Shown here: piece by piece, positions 1 to 8,486 of the stretch
Numbering within the stretch: the first letter of the stretch is position 1
How the letters are laid out: each line of letters starts with the position of its first letter
DNA from: a virus
Taxonomy: Duplodnaviria > Caudoviricetes
Strand: one strand, 5' to 3'
DNA length: 52,133 nt
Virus record (IMG/VR): IMGVR_UViG_3300036791_000029
Location: 1-52,133 of that record
Translations under genes and position numbers: made by a program
Notes under the pieces: model-generated
Seen by the model: the letters and a program-made list of their open reading frames with translations, nothing else
Database searches by the model: none
What the model was told of the DNA's origin: nothing

Positions 1-109
1 CGGCTGCACCTCCATATATGGCTATGTCAGCACTAGTAGACAAGAATTGTTCTTGTGGTCCAGGCTGCGGACCAATATCATTTTTAGTATCATCAAATCC
101 ATCATACAT
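1..109 (-). CDS. terL: Terminase large subunit, 5' fragment (duplicate, cut by window edge)
   Basis: MYDGFDDTKNDIGPQPGPQEQFLSTSADIAIYGGAA; same as the gene starting at 51303 plus one Lys codon. Confidence 0.85.
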   Translation of the reverse strand, partial: MYDGFDDTKNDIGPQPGPQEQFLSTSADIAIYGGAA

Positions 110-110
110 A

Positions 111-428
111 TTATGCCGCCTCCCCATCAATAATCTTGACGGGAGTATTCATGCGGCCATTGTCTGGTAAATATACTTTGACCCTACTAGAACTTTGGTT
201 CGCACTAGTATCGTCATTAATATACACTGTTTGGCGTGGCTTGCCATAAGCGCGATTAGACACAAACTCCATTAGACGAATGCGATCACCATGCGACATA
301 GATGGATCAGCAAACATCTCGTCAACTTGACGTAGGATCGTAGGTGTACGTTGACGACATTCAGTCATCATTTCGCGCAAGGTATAAATGCGCGCTAGCT
401 CAGTGTGTGGGTCGAAACCATCAGGCAT
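111..428 (-). CDS. Putative terminase small subunit (left copy)
   Basis: Immediately upstream of TerL; helical with RAYGKPRQ motif; protein identical to 51305..51622 despite synonymous SNPs. Confidence 0.6.
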   Translation of the reverse strand: MPDGFDPHTELARIYTLREMMTECRQRTPTILRQVDEMFADPSMSHGDRIRLMEFVSNRAYGKPRQTVYINDDTSANQSSSRVKVYLPDNGRMNTPVKIIDGEAA

Positions 429-477
429 TACATTGTGACGTCCACCAGATATACATTACGTACAAGAGACGTTAGCG

Positions 478-506
478 CGTATATACTAATACATCTACCG
501 CGTAAA
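478..506 (-). promoter_or_regulatory. Putative sigma70-like promoter for the terminase/late operon
   Basis: TTTACG-17nt-TATACG on the minus strand; the right-end copy has TAGACT-17nt-TATACG. Confidence 0.45.
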
Positions 507-536
507 GAGAGAAAATAAAACATTACGAAGATTTAA

Positions 537-785
537 TTAGTTTTTGTTTCGTAAATATCCTAATCCTATCCATCGACGAATATACAAAGAAATACCAACT
601 GATTTTATACTTTGCTGTAGATCATAATCATCTAAATACTCCACCAAATCCATTTCTTTAATCTGTTCAGCAATTTGTTTTATTGTATAAGCATCATATT
701 TATATGGTTCTATTCCATCATCTCGCAAATATTCAATAGCCAATTCAATCATTCCGTTTACAGTTTGTGGATGATCATTATACAT
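537..785 (-). CDS. Hypothetical acidic protein, present only in the left-end haplotype
   Basis: 82-aa ORF overlapping the stop of 778..1239, GGAG RBS; absent from the right copy. Confidence 0.65.
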   Translation of the reverse strand: MYNDHPQTVNGMIELAIEYLRDDGIEPYKYDAYTIKQIAEQIKEMDLVEYLDDYDLQQSIKSVGISLYIRRWIGLGYLRNKN

Positions 786-1239
786 TTGCTACTCCTGACG
801 CTGCTCTTGTAGCCTGCGGAACAAACAAATCTTTAAACCAGTCATATATCTCCCATTTATCTTCTGTGAACTTTACAAGCTGTTCAATTTTGATTGGATG
901 CTTAGGCACACTTAACCATGTTGACCAATTACCACAACGCAATACTCCAAACTTTGTTATCTCATCGCGATAATCATAAAAGCCAAGAAACAAAAAGCAA
1001 AATCCTCCTGATCGTTGCCATTTAGCTAACCAAGCAGCTTGATCAGCCGTTAGTTCTGAAACTCTAAATGTAGAAGCACCAAACTTATATTGTATAACCT
1101 TTAGTTCAAACCACACAATACGCGAGTTGTTGATTTGTATGCCTTTATCTGGCCAGCCGGCAAGGCGGTCGCTGGGCGTCCAGATTTGATATTCCTTGAA
1201 CATATCATTAAAATGTTTGGCTAATGTCTTCTCAAGCAT
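778..1239 (-). CDS. PD-(D/E)xK nuclease (VRR-NUC / Holliday-junction resolvase-like)
   Basis: GWPD...WFELK catalytic motif, LTADQAAWL and GG motifs. Confidence 0.7.
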   Translation of the reverse strand: MLEKTLAKHFNDMFKEYQIWTPSDRLAGWPDKGIQINNSRIVWFELKVIQYKFGASTFRVSELTADQAAWLAKWQRSGGFCFLFLGFYDYRDEITKFGVLRCGNWSTWLSVPKHPIKIEQLVKFTEDKWEIYDWFKDLFVPQATRAASGVANV

Positions 1240-1275
1240 ACTCCTGGCGCCCTCTCATATATCGTTACGCAGTCA

Positions 1276-1483
1276 AACCTAACTAACCTAAACCTAACTA
1301 ACCGTCGTTTCTCCCTATATCTACTCTAGAAAAAAAGACCCCTCCCTTGGCGTTTTTTCTTTGTTATAATTATTACAGTTAAATAGGTTAATACGGTTAG
1401 CGAAATGAGAAAATCTAACGATTTCAGCGACTTACATATTCATTCCGCTAACCTAACTAACTACATATACGATCGTATATACG
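1276..1483. repeat. Iteron-like CCTAACTAAC repeats, palindrome and IHF-like site; candidate replication origin
   Basis: AACCTAACTAAC twice at 1277-1302 and again at ~1450; palindrome ATATACGATCGTATAT ~1465-1480; A/T tracts; non-coding gap after the helicase gene. Confidence 0.4.
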
Positions 1484-1487
1484 TTGT

Positions 1488-3056
1488 CTATTTGTCCTTC
1501 CAGAACCACACTTTGCGTATCTTGCCATCAACCAGTCTAGCTTTATTGTCGTGTCTACTAAATCCATACTTAACAAGAGCAGCACCAAATGCTCTAGACT
1601 TCCTCATCAATTCTGGTTTCATCATATCCCAACTCGTTTGAGCGTGAGTATAAATCAAATCCAAATATACACCGCTCTCTTTACATATCTCTAATTGGTT
1701 AGCATCCTTAAAGAAATCACATACCAGTTCATATTCATCAGAAACAAATACAACATCACGTTCATTAACTTGGTCTCTTTGCAATTCAAATTCTGCAGCC
1801 AGAAGATAACAACTTATTCCTTGTCTATACATTCTAATTGCTTGAGCAAGTATCTTTGGATATTCCTTTGCAAATCCTTCCAAGTCCATAAACTCATTTT
1901 GCCCTAGTTCTGACCTCAAAGTAATTGCTCTAGTATCTCCACTTTCATCTCTACCAAGAAATTGCTTTTCATTAGTAGTCAGTATGATTATGTTACGTTT
2001 TGCATAATCAATTACATCATCAGATCGCATACGTCTAAATGTAGAATGAGTTTCAGTAACAACTCTTTTGAATAGGTTCTTTGACGCTCTATCAGTTCCT
2101 CCTAACTCAGCAAACTCTACTACAGCCTTATCATACGTTTGTCTATAGAATTCAACAATATCATCTCTTGCTGATAAAGCAGCACTTGAATACCAAAAGT
2201 TTGGCACTAATAATCTACATAGTTGAGTCTTTCCAATATTTTGTTCTCCCTCAATAGTGAAATAATAACGTTGGGGAAGGCCAGGGGAAAAGCATCGCCA
2301 CACAAGAGATAGCATTAATGTTCTAGACCATACAGCACTCCATTGTTCTTTAGGAGCGCCCATATATTTGACAGCAAAACAATTCTCCACACTAAATCTT
2401 TCTATTCCATCATCAGGATTTTCATTTTCAATATTAGTCATCCACAACTTATAAAAATCAATTTTGTTTCTCTTAGCAACATTTTGTTGAGCTTCCTTTA
2501 ATGCTCCCCAATTATGTTCTGATGGGAAACCATTTCTATTGAGCTTACGTTTTAATTCAGTTCCATGATACTCATTATGTTTATGATACTTTTGTGCTAT
2601 TCCAGGCAATTCAAATATAGGTTCATTGCTATCCCAGTCAATTACTGTGTAATATATGTTAGCTGACATTTCATCCCAAATGCATTTTATTCGTTTGGCC
2701 GCCAGAAGAATAAGATACAAATTGTCTTGTGTCGGAAATATACCAGTTTTGTTTAATGTTAGTTCATTCAATGGAACATCTGTAAACTCTTCAAATTTTG
2801 TTCTAATTTTTTCTTGCGATTTACCAAGAACATATTTATCAATTAAATCATCAATTGTTCCTTTGCGCTTAATGCCTCGAAATGTATCTGATATTCGGCC
2901 TTTTATATTTTCATATTCATATTGATCTGATATGTATAAATCAGCAAGATGGTTTAATAGCTCTTCATTTTGACCAAGTAAATATTCATATTTAGCATCA
3001 TACGAGTCAAGTTCATTTAATTGAAATATTACTTTATTGATTTCAGAATTGTCCAT
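1488..3056 (-). CDS. VirE/VapE-family P-loop helicase
   Basis: Walker A GEQNIGKT, Walker B VVEFAEL, TTN and TR motifs; start likely MDNSE (3056) after GAGGG, ORF open to 3098. Confidence 0.85.
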   Translation of the reverse strand: MDNSEINKVIFQLNELDSYDAKYEYLLGQNEELLNHLADLYISDQYEYENIKGRISDTFRGIKRKGTIDDLIDKYVLGKSQEKIRTKFEEFTDVPLNELTLNKTGIFPTQDNLYLILLAAKRIKCIWDEMSANIYYTVIDWDSNEPIFELPGIAQKYHKHNEYHGTELKRKLNRNGFPSEHNWGALKEAQQNVAKRNKIDFYKLWMTNIENENPDDGIERFSVENCFAVKYMGAPKEQWSAVWSRTLMLSLVWRCFSPGLPQRYYFTIEGEQNIGKTQLCRLLVPNFWYSSAALSARDDIVEFYRQTYDKAVVEFAELGGTDRASKNLFKRVVTETHSTFRRMRSDDVIDYAKRNIIILTTNEKQFLGRDESGDTRAITLRSELGQNEFMDLEGFAKEYPKILAQAIRMYRQGISCYLLAAEFELQRDQVNERDVVFVSDEYELVCDFFKDANQLEICKESGVYLDLIYTHAQTSWDMMKPELMRKSRAFGAALVKYGFSRHDNKARLVDGKIRKVWFWKDK

Positions 3057-4065
3057 TTCTGTTCCCCTCTGCATCATTGTAAGCGTCTTTGAAAGCATCT
3101 TCTATTGTATTTCTATCATTCTTAGCATTGCCGTGCCACCACATCATAGCAGCAGCAGCAAATTCATCTTTTATTATATCATCATCAAGTAATCCAGCAA
3201 TACAATACTTAGCTATCCAAACTGTATGCTTATACAACCATTTATGTCTTTCGCCATCATCAACATACTTCATTTCTCTAATAACTTTTTCCTTGGATGC
3301 TATAGCTTGCTTAAATGTAGCTGGATGATATTCTTGTTTGCTATCGTTATCAGTTATAATATGTCTTATATCTGTAAATTGACTTTCACCACCAATCCAT
3401 GTCCACCATTTACTACAAGGATCGCTACACCCTATAAATCTAGGACGCGCGGTATAGATAGGCTGGACCGGCCCAAATAACGCTGTATCTACAACATCTT
3501 TCGCACCAGCAAAATGTTTCTTAAGCGCAATACAACTAACCTTCACACTATTCCACAAAAACAGCCTGATATGAATACCAGGCTTTCGCAAATAACCAGC
3601 ACTAGGAATAGCAAAGGCTTCCACACCACTCAAATTGAGCGCCAGGAGCACACGAGTAGCATCATCCTTCAGATCACCAGATGACACCCCATATCCATCA
3701 ATATCTAATGCGAACCAATTTTGGTTCTGTTCAATAATGGTTGCGCGATCACCCGTCGCACGATCATCATGGAACAATCGTCTCTGCCGCACAGCATTGT
3801 CATCAATAGCAGTGCCGCGTATAACACAGCATTGTGGACGCGCCAGGAGATACTTGATTAGTTCAAACAAATCCTGTAGATGATATACAGGACGATTGAA
3901 GAAATTGTAGTATTTGACATTATCATAAGCAACTTCAGAGGTAGGATATATTGTTTTGCATAATACAAATCTACTACTGTATGACTTACACACAGTAATA
4001 TTATTAGGAGTTATAAAATCACTTGTAGATTTTTCGCCGTCGTTACTATATATAGGGTCCGACAT
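3043..4065 (-). CDS. AEP-superfamily primase(-polymerase) with PriCT-like C-terminus
   Basis: ALDIDG (DxD), SAG..KPGIHIRLF, DTALF..VQPIYTARP, GERH; overlaps helicase; ATG 4065 after GGAGG. Confidence 0.65.
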   Translation of the reverse strand: MSDPIYSNDGEKSTSDFITPNNITVCKSYSSRFVLCKTIYPTSEVAYDNVKYYNFFNRPVYHLQDLFELIKYLLARPQCCVIRGTAIDDNAVRQRRLFHDDRATGDRATIIEQNQNWFALDIDGYGVSSGDLKDDATRVLLALNLSGVEAFAIPSAGYLRKPGIHIRLFLWNSVKVSCIALKKHFAGAKDVVDTALFGPVQPIYTARPRFIGCSDPCSKWWTWIGGESQFTDIRHIITDNDSKQEYHPATFKQAIASKEKVIREMKYVDDGERHKWLYKHTVWIAKYCIAGLLDDDIIKDEFAAAAMMWWHGNAKNDRNTIEDAFKDAYNDAEGNRNGQF

Positions 4066-4176
4066 CGTGTTTCCTCCCCGAAAGGATTGATGTCCGCTGC
4101 CTGGTAACAACTCAATACTCAGCAAAGTATTGGTTATCAGGCAGCGTTTTTCTTCAAACAACGTAAACGAACCGTA

Positions 4177-4205
4177 ATACTACTCCCGCGCGTCGCCCGC
4201 GTAAA
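4177..4205 (-). promoter_or_regulatory. Putative promoter for primase-helicase operon
   Basis: TTTACG-17nt GC-rich spacer-TAGTAT, followed by a hairpin-rich leader. Confidence 0.55.
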
Positions 4206-4218
4206 GCCTTATTTCGCT

Positions 4219-4500
4219 ATGCTTAGATCACATAGTAAATCCATAACAGCAATTGATCGTGCTGTATACTTATGGATGCTGTGCACTATTGAATGGATGC
4301 ACGAAAACAATCAACTAATATCAAATAACAATCTCACAAGAATATTTGGAGAAGAAACAAAGAAGCGTTTCAACTTCTATCGTGAAATAGCCATTGATAA
4401 TCATGACTTAACGCCAGGAGGAATAATCCTTACACCCAAAGGACAAAGGATCGTTGACTCCTGGCGCCGGCATCAAGAACGCATATTCAGTATTGATTAG
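4219..4500 (+). CDS. Hypothetical protein, possible winged-helix DNA-binding protein
   Basis: 93-aa ORF filling the gap; LTPKGQRIV resembles the end of a wHTH wing; no clear RBS. Confidence 0.4.
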   Translation: MLRSHSKSITAIDRAVYLWMLCTIEWMHENNQLISNNNLTRIFGEETKKRFNFYREIAIDNHDLTPGGIILTPKGQRIVDSWRRHQERIFSID

Positions 4501-4700
4501 TCTGTTATCTCAGTATGATCGACAGACTCCAATTCTATATTATCCAAATATTTGCAGTCAACCATCATCTTATCTGTTAGTTGTTTCTCTGCCAATTGAT
4601 AGACTAGTTCCTCAATTTCATCTTCTGGTGTATCATCGTCAATATCCACATCAACTTCTGTAGTAAATGTTCCGTTGATGTCAACACTATACTTTGCCAT
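4497..4700 (-). CDS. Small highly acidic protein
   Basis: ATG 4700 after AGGAG; 67 aa with ~21 D/E. Confidence 0.75.
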   Translation of the reverse strand: MAKYSVDINGTFTTEVDVDIDDDTPEDEIEELVYQLAEKQLTDKMMVDCKYLDNIELESVDHTEITD

Positions 4701-4820
4701 TGTTACTCTCCTATCAAGTGACACAGTAACGAGTGGGGGAGCCACCCCCACTCGGCAGCAGCTATCGTTCCTTTATGGAACGGTAACACCTGGATTGGCT
4801 ATTTCCAGCACTGCTACTCG

Positions 4821-5771
4821 TTAGCGAGGATTATTGTTGACAGCCCAATACTTTGGATTTGGACTGCCATCCTCTAAGGTTTCATTCTCACCCTCATGGT
4901 ACAGAGCAATATAGCCATGGTTCAAGTCCCAATTCCAGTGGTCTAGTCTTGGGCCATTAAACTTTGAACCACTTCTGACGGATGTTGCCTCTGGGTAGTC
5001 CTTGGTTCCGATATACTCAGAATAGTTCATACCATCCCTGTATATATCCCAAGCATAGTAACCCATCACACCTTCAGCACGTGGGTTCTTGTCCACCATT
5101 TTCCTAAGCCGCAAGTCATTGGTCCATTTTGTGGACCGCCTTGGGCCAGGAGCGCGTGGCTCACCATTAATCTTTGTGGACTTTTGCTTTACAGACTTCT
5201 CACCTTTACTGGTTCCCTTAGCATAGAGATACATACCAATTTCGGTGAGCTTAAGGCCCACAATGGTCTTGGGTTCACCACCATACTCGGCAACAGCAAG
5301 ACCGCGCTGAAGGATGTTGCGTTCCGTCCCAACGTCAAAGAAACCTTTCTTGATTTCTTCTGGGATATGATCGAGCGGAATAACAACATCCGTCACACTA
5401 TCAGCAGACTTCAAGATATCCAAACTTAGAAGAATGCCAATAGCTTGCTTCTCACGTTCAGACAAACGACGCGGACCAGTTACGCGTTCTGCGCGTTTGA
5501 CCCGTTCCTTTGCTTCTGCTTCCTCCTGTGCTTTGTGAGTAGCCTCATCAGTCACTTTTGATTCTGGATACTCTGCACCTTCCTTGGGTTGCTCTTCACC
5601 AATTTGGACTGCATAATCCTCATTGGCTTCTGGCGCAGACCCAACTGCATCATGTTCTGCAGTGGGATCTTGGGCGCCAGGAGAATGCCCCGGATTGTAC
5701 GGCACAGGTTGCACGACATGTTCACTCACTGGTTTATTCCTCAGAGTATGTTTACGTGCCCGTTGTGACAT
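4821..5771 (-). CDS. Hypothetical protein, possibly DNA-binding
   Basis: 316-aa ORF; disordered N-terminus, wing-like LKLTEIG, C-terminal KNPRAEG..YRDGMNYSEY segment. Confidence 0.7.
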   Translation of the reverse strand: MSQRARKHTLRNKPVSEHVVQPVPYNPGHSPGAQDPTAEHDAVGSAPEANEDYAVQIGEEQPKEGAEYPESKVTDEATHKAQEEAEAKERVKRAERVTGPRRLSEREKQAIGILLSLDILKSADSVTDVVIPLDHIPEEIKKGFFDVGTERNILQRGLAVAEYGGEPKTIVGLKLTEIGMYLYAKGTSKGEKSVKQKSTKINGEPRAPGPRRSTKWTNDLRLRKMVDKNPRAEGVMGYYAWDIYRDGMNYSEYIGTKDYPEATSVRSGSKFNGPRLDHWNWDLNHGYIALYHEGENETLEDGSPNPKYWAVNNNPR

Positions 5772-5984
5772 ACTATGTTCCCTATGTTATTGTCAAAGAT
5801 CAATGTGAGAGGTATGGCAGTTCCAACTCACCCGAGTAGTCTACTCCACCTCGTGGCCGAGGTCTAGCCCACGACCCAGAAAGATATGCATCAGTAACAA
5901 TTGTGGTATATACGTTTATATATTGATTGATATATGCAATTGATTGATGAAACTAATCGTAACAAATTTGTTTCTTTGGTGGAC

Positions 5985-6013
5985 TAGACGTGTAACTCGA
6001 AATAGGCTATACT
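5985..6013 (+). promoter_or_regulatory. Putative sigma70-like promoter
   Basis: TAGACG-17nt-TATACT; same ACTAGAC/GCTATACT boxes as 10917..10945. Confidence 0.6.
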
Positions 6014-6127
6014 TAGGGACGATGGAACAGAAGCCGTCGGCCTACCCAAGATTGCCTGCTGCAAGAGAAATAACTATATGGTTTGTGATCTTGGTGATCT
6101 TTGTAAACTGTGAATAGGAGACTAAAG

Positions 6128-6877
6128 ATGACACCAAAACTATCGGTTGTCTCTGACAATACGAGTATGCCTCTGTATACAAATATGTGCAAGGCAATAC
6201 TTGAATGTCGTCGTGTAGATGAAGTTGCTAAACTACAAGACGATGTCAAGCGGCAATTGTATGGTCAGCAAGTAAAAGATGGCAATACAATGAAAGCTGC
6301 GCTCAATGAAATATACATTCGCGCTGAGCGCCAGCTAGGTGAATTATTGGCTGCTTTACCAAGAGCACCAACAAGGAGTCGTTACGATACCGGATTAGGT
6401 CGCGACACGCGACTTAATCCGGAGTCAAAACAAAAGGTTATGGCTGACAATGGCATTACTAAAGACAGAGCATCAAAAGCAGAACGCATTGCAAGAATAC
6501 CAAAAGCCGAATTTGAACAAGAAGTAGTTAAGCCCAAAGCCAGTATTAGAAGGTTGGCTGACTATGCAAGAAGCAAAGAACCACCAAAGCCCAAAAAGCC
6601 TGAGCCGAAGTGGTATGATCCTCATCTTGATTCCAAAGTGAGACTTACTGAGGGCCTTGAACGCATAGAACAAGGCCTGAAGATGGCTATACTGGGATTA
6701 AAGATTAAGGATTTGATCCTAGCGCGTATGCAAGACCAGGGCACAGAATTGCCTGAAGTAATGCATAGACTCAATAGGATCAGAAAACATATGGAAGCAC
6801 TGACTTTCATATGTCCTTGCCCATTACGAAATCAGAAGGCAATAACTCAACAAGTCAAGGAGACAATTGATGCCTGA
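6128..6877 (+). CDS. Hypothetical protein resembling the helical N-terminal domain of phage DNA methyltransferases, without an MTase domain
   Basis: ATG 6128 after AGGAG; VDEV...IRAERQLGELL...GITKDRASKAERIARIP..EFE pattern; no SAM-binding or DPPW motif. Confidence 0.6.
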   Translation: MTPKLSVVSDNTSMPLYTNMCKAILECRRVDEVAKLQDDVKRQLYGQQVKDGNTMKAALNEIYIRAERQLGELLAALPRAPTRSRYDTGLGRDTRLNPESKQKVMADNGITKDRASKAERIARIPKAEFEQEVVKPKASIRRLADYARSKEPPKPKKPEPKWYDPHLDSKVRLTEGLERIEQGLKMAILGLKIKDLILARMQDQGTELPEVMHRLNRIRKHMEALTFICPCPLRNQKAITQQVKETIDA

Positions 6878-7376
6878 GTACAATCCATATCGCAAAGTCA
6901 TAGACATGCTTATGCCCAAAATCCAGAATGGAGTTCTGTATCTGGATGAACTTGAAGAGACAATGATGGAGGTTGGGATACTACCATCAGACTACAAGAA
7001 GTATGATGGTATTCCCAAAAGACTTGTAGGCGCAATTGAACGTGATCATGATGAAACGTTCAAAAGAGCTTATGAGTCCTGGAAAAGACATCTCCATCAT
7101 TTTGAGCTTGTCTGTATTGGTGAACGGGCCAGTAGGTTCAAAACTAGGATAGCCTTGAGTTTTGAACCTCTGAAAGAGAATACTCAAGAGAAACAAAGAG
7201 ATGCTGGTGACAAGTATCTCAAAGCATTTCAAAGGCGAGCCAAGGTCATTTCTAGCACCTCAACATTTAATGAAGAGGATGCCAAGGAATTAGACGATTG
7301 GCATAAGCATGCGAAGATTGTACAAGAGAAAGCACAGCAACTAAGAGTCAGATACAATAGACGTAAAATCCAATAG
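6870..7376 (+). CDS. Hypothetical protein
   Basis: ~168-aa ORF, AGGAG RBS, overlaps upstream stop. Confidence 0.75.
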   Translation: MPEYNPYRKVIDMLMPKIQNGVLYLDELEETMMEVGILPSDYKKYDGIPKRLVGAIERDHDETFKRAYESWKRHLHHFELVCIGERASRFKTRIALSFEPLKENTQEKQRDAGDKYLKAFQRRAKVISSTSTFNEEDAKELDDWHKHAKIVQEKAQQLRVRYNRRKIQ

Positions 7377-7387
7377 GGTCTCAAACT

Positions 7388-7416
7388 AGGCTCCTGGCGC
7401 CCAAAAGCGCCAGGAG
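7388..7416. terminator. Hairpin after 6870..7376 made of two inverted octamer copies
   Basis: CTCCTGGCGC-CCAAAA-GCGCCAGGAG 10-bp stem; no clear U tract. Confidence 0.4.
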
Positions 7417-8486
7417 TATCCTTCCAGGATCAAAACCATCAATCATTTAAAAGAGAACATATCCAGAACTACCAATCAGTAGCCTGCGTTACAGATTAAC
7501 AAATGTTTAGCATTTTTGGCCCATAACCCATTGAAATCATTGAGCAGAACGTAACGGGAACAAGCAGGGTACAAACGCGAACGATTGCAGGGGCACTAGG
7601 GTAGTGCTGGGTCAACCCCTAGCGCACGCCTAGCACACATCCTAGGCTCGGGAAAGGGCAGGTCTCAAAAGGTAGCCTAGTCGGCCTGTTTGACCCGCCA
7701 AGGACTGCCGTCTAAAAACAAAGATCCGTCTAAAAATGAAGTCTTTCCCCAAGGACCAAATTGTGTTACCCTAATCCCTAGATCGGTGGACGACAGGAAG
7801 GCCCGATCGACTAGCGTAACAAAATCCTCCCGCGATCTTAGACAGGAGAATAGGACATCTCGGGAAGCCGGAAGGCCCACGCTAGGGCACTTCTAGGCGT
7901 CCCCTAGGCGCGTCTAGGCACCTCCCGATAGGGTAGGCACTAGGCTAGCGTCTAGGCTCTAAGCGCCCATAGGAGAGGCTTCTAAGCCTCTCCGCCAGGG
8001 TAGTCAGGGAAGCGATAAGGGCAGGTGACCGTCAAGGTTGCCTGGCGCGGGAATAGTAGCGAAAGCGAATGGATTTACCCGCCAGCTCAGACCAACTAGT
8101 TGGGTCGCGCTTAGAGCGTTTTGAACCTTGACCTCCAACGCTCACACGTTGAAACGGTATATCAGAAAGCATACGGGAAGCCACTAGAGTGGGCAGGATA
8201 TGCGCCCCTAGTTCGCGCAAGCCGGTATGTGAGTATGGTATATAGTGAATCAGGACTAATCCTTTCAAGGCTGAATACCTGGCGTAGATACGTTTATATC
8301 TACGCTGGCAAAACAGCGCACTGAAAGGATGATCCGTTGTTCCTTTCTAGGGGCAACGATGTATGTAGCCTCTGGCGGGATTGTACATCGTTGTTAATGC
8401 GGCCACGTATATGCATTTGTATATACGCGCTGGTGGGAAGCCCAGAAAACAAAACGCAGACCCAAACCCTAGTAAGGACACTTCAA

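Larger units (their letters stand above)
1..1140. repeat. Left copy of imperfect terminal overlap (matches 51198..52133)
   Basis: Starts CGGCTGCACCTCCATATATGG as at 51198 and ends GTTGTTGATTTGTAT as at 52133; scattered SNPs, a 3-nt indel and a non-homologous middle (~487-809 vs ~51681-51802). Confidence 0.95.

Noticed and set aside
5825-5880. HDV-like ribozyme in the divergent intergenic region
   Set aside because: TCGTGG/CCACGA and ACCTCG/CGAGGT pairings exist, but no P2 or J4/2 could be placed in the required order
7677-8324. Short ORFs in the non-coding region
   Set aside because: Overlapping on both strands, weak starts, no RBS, atypical composition
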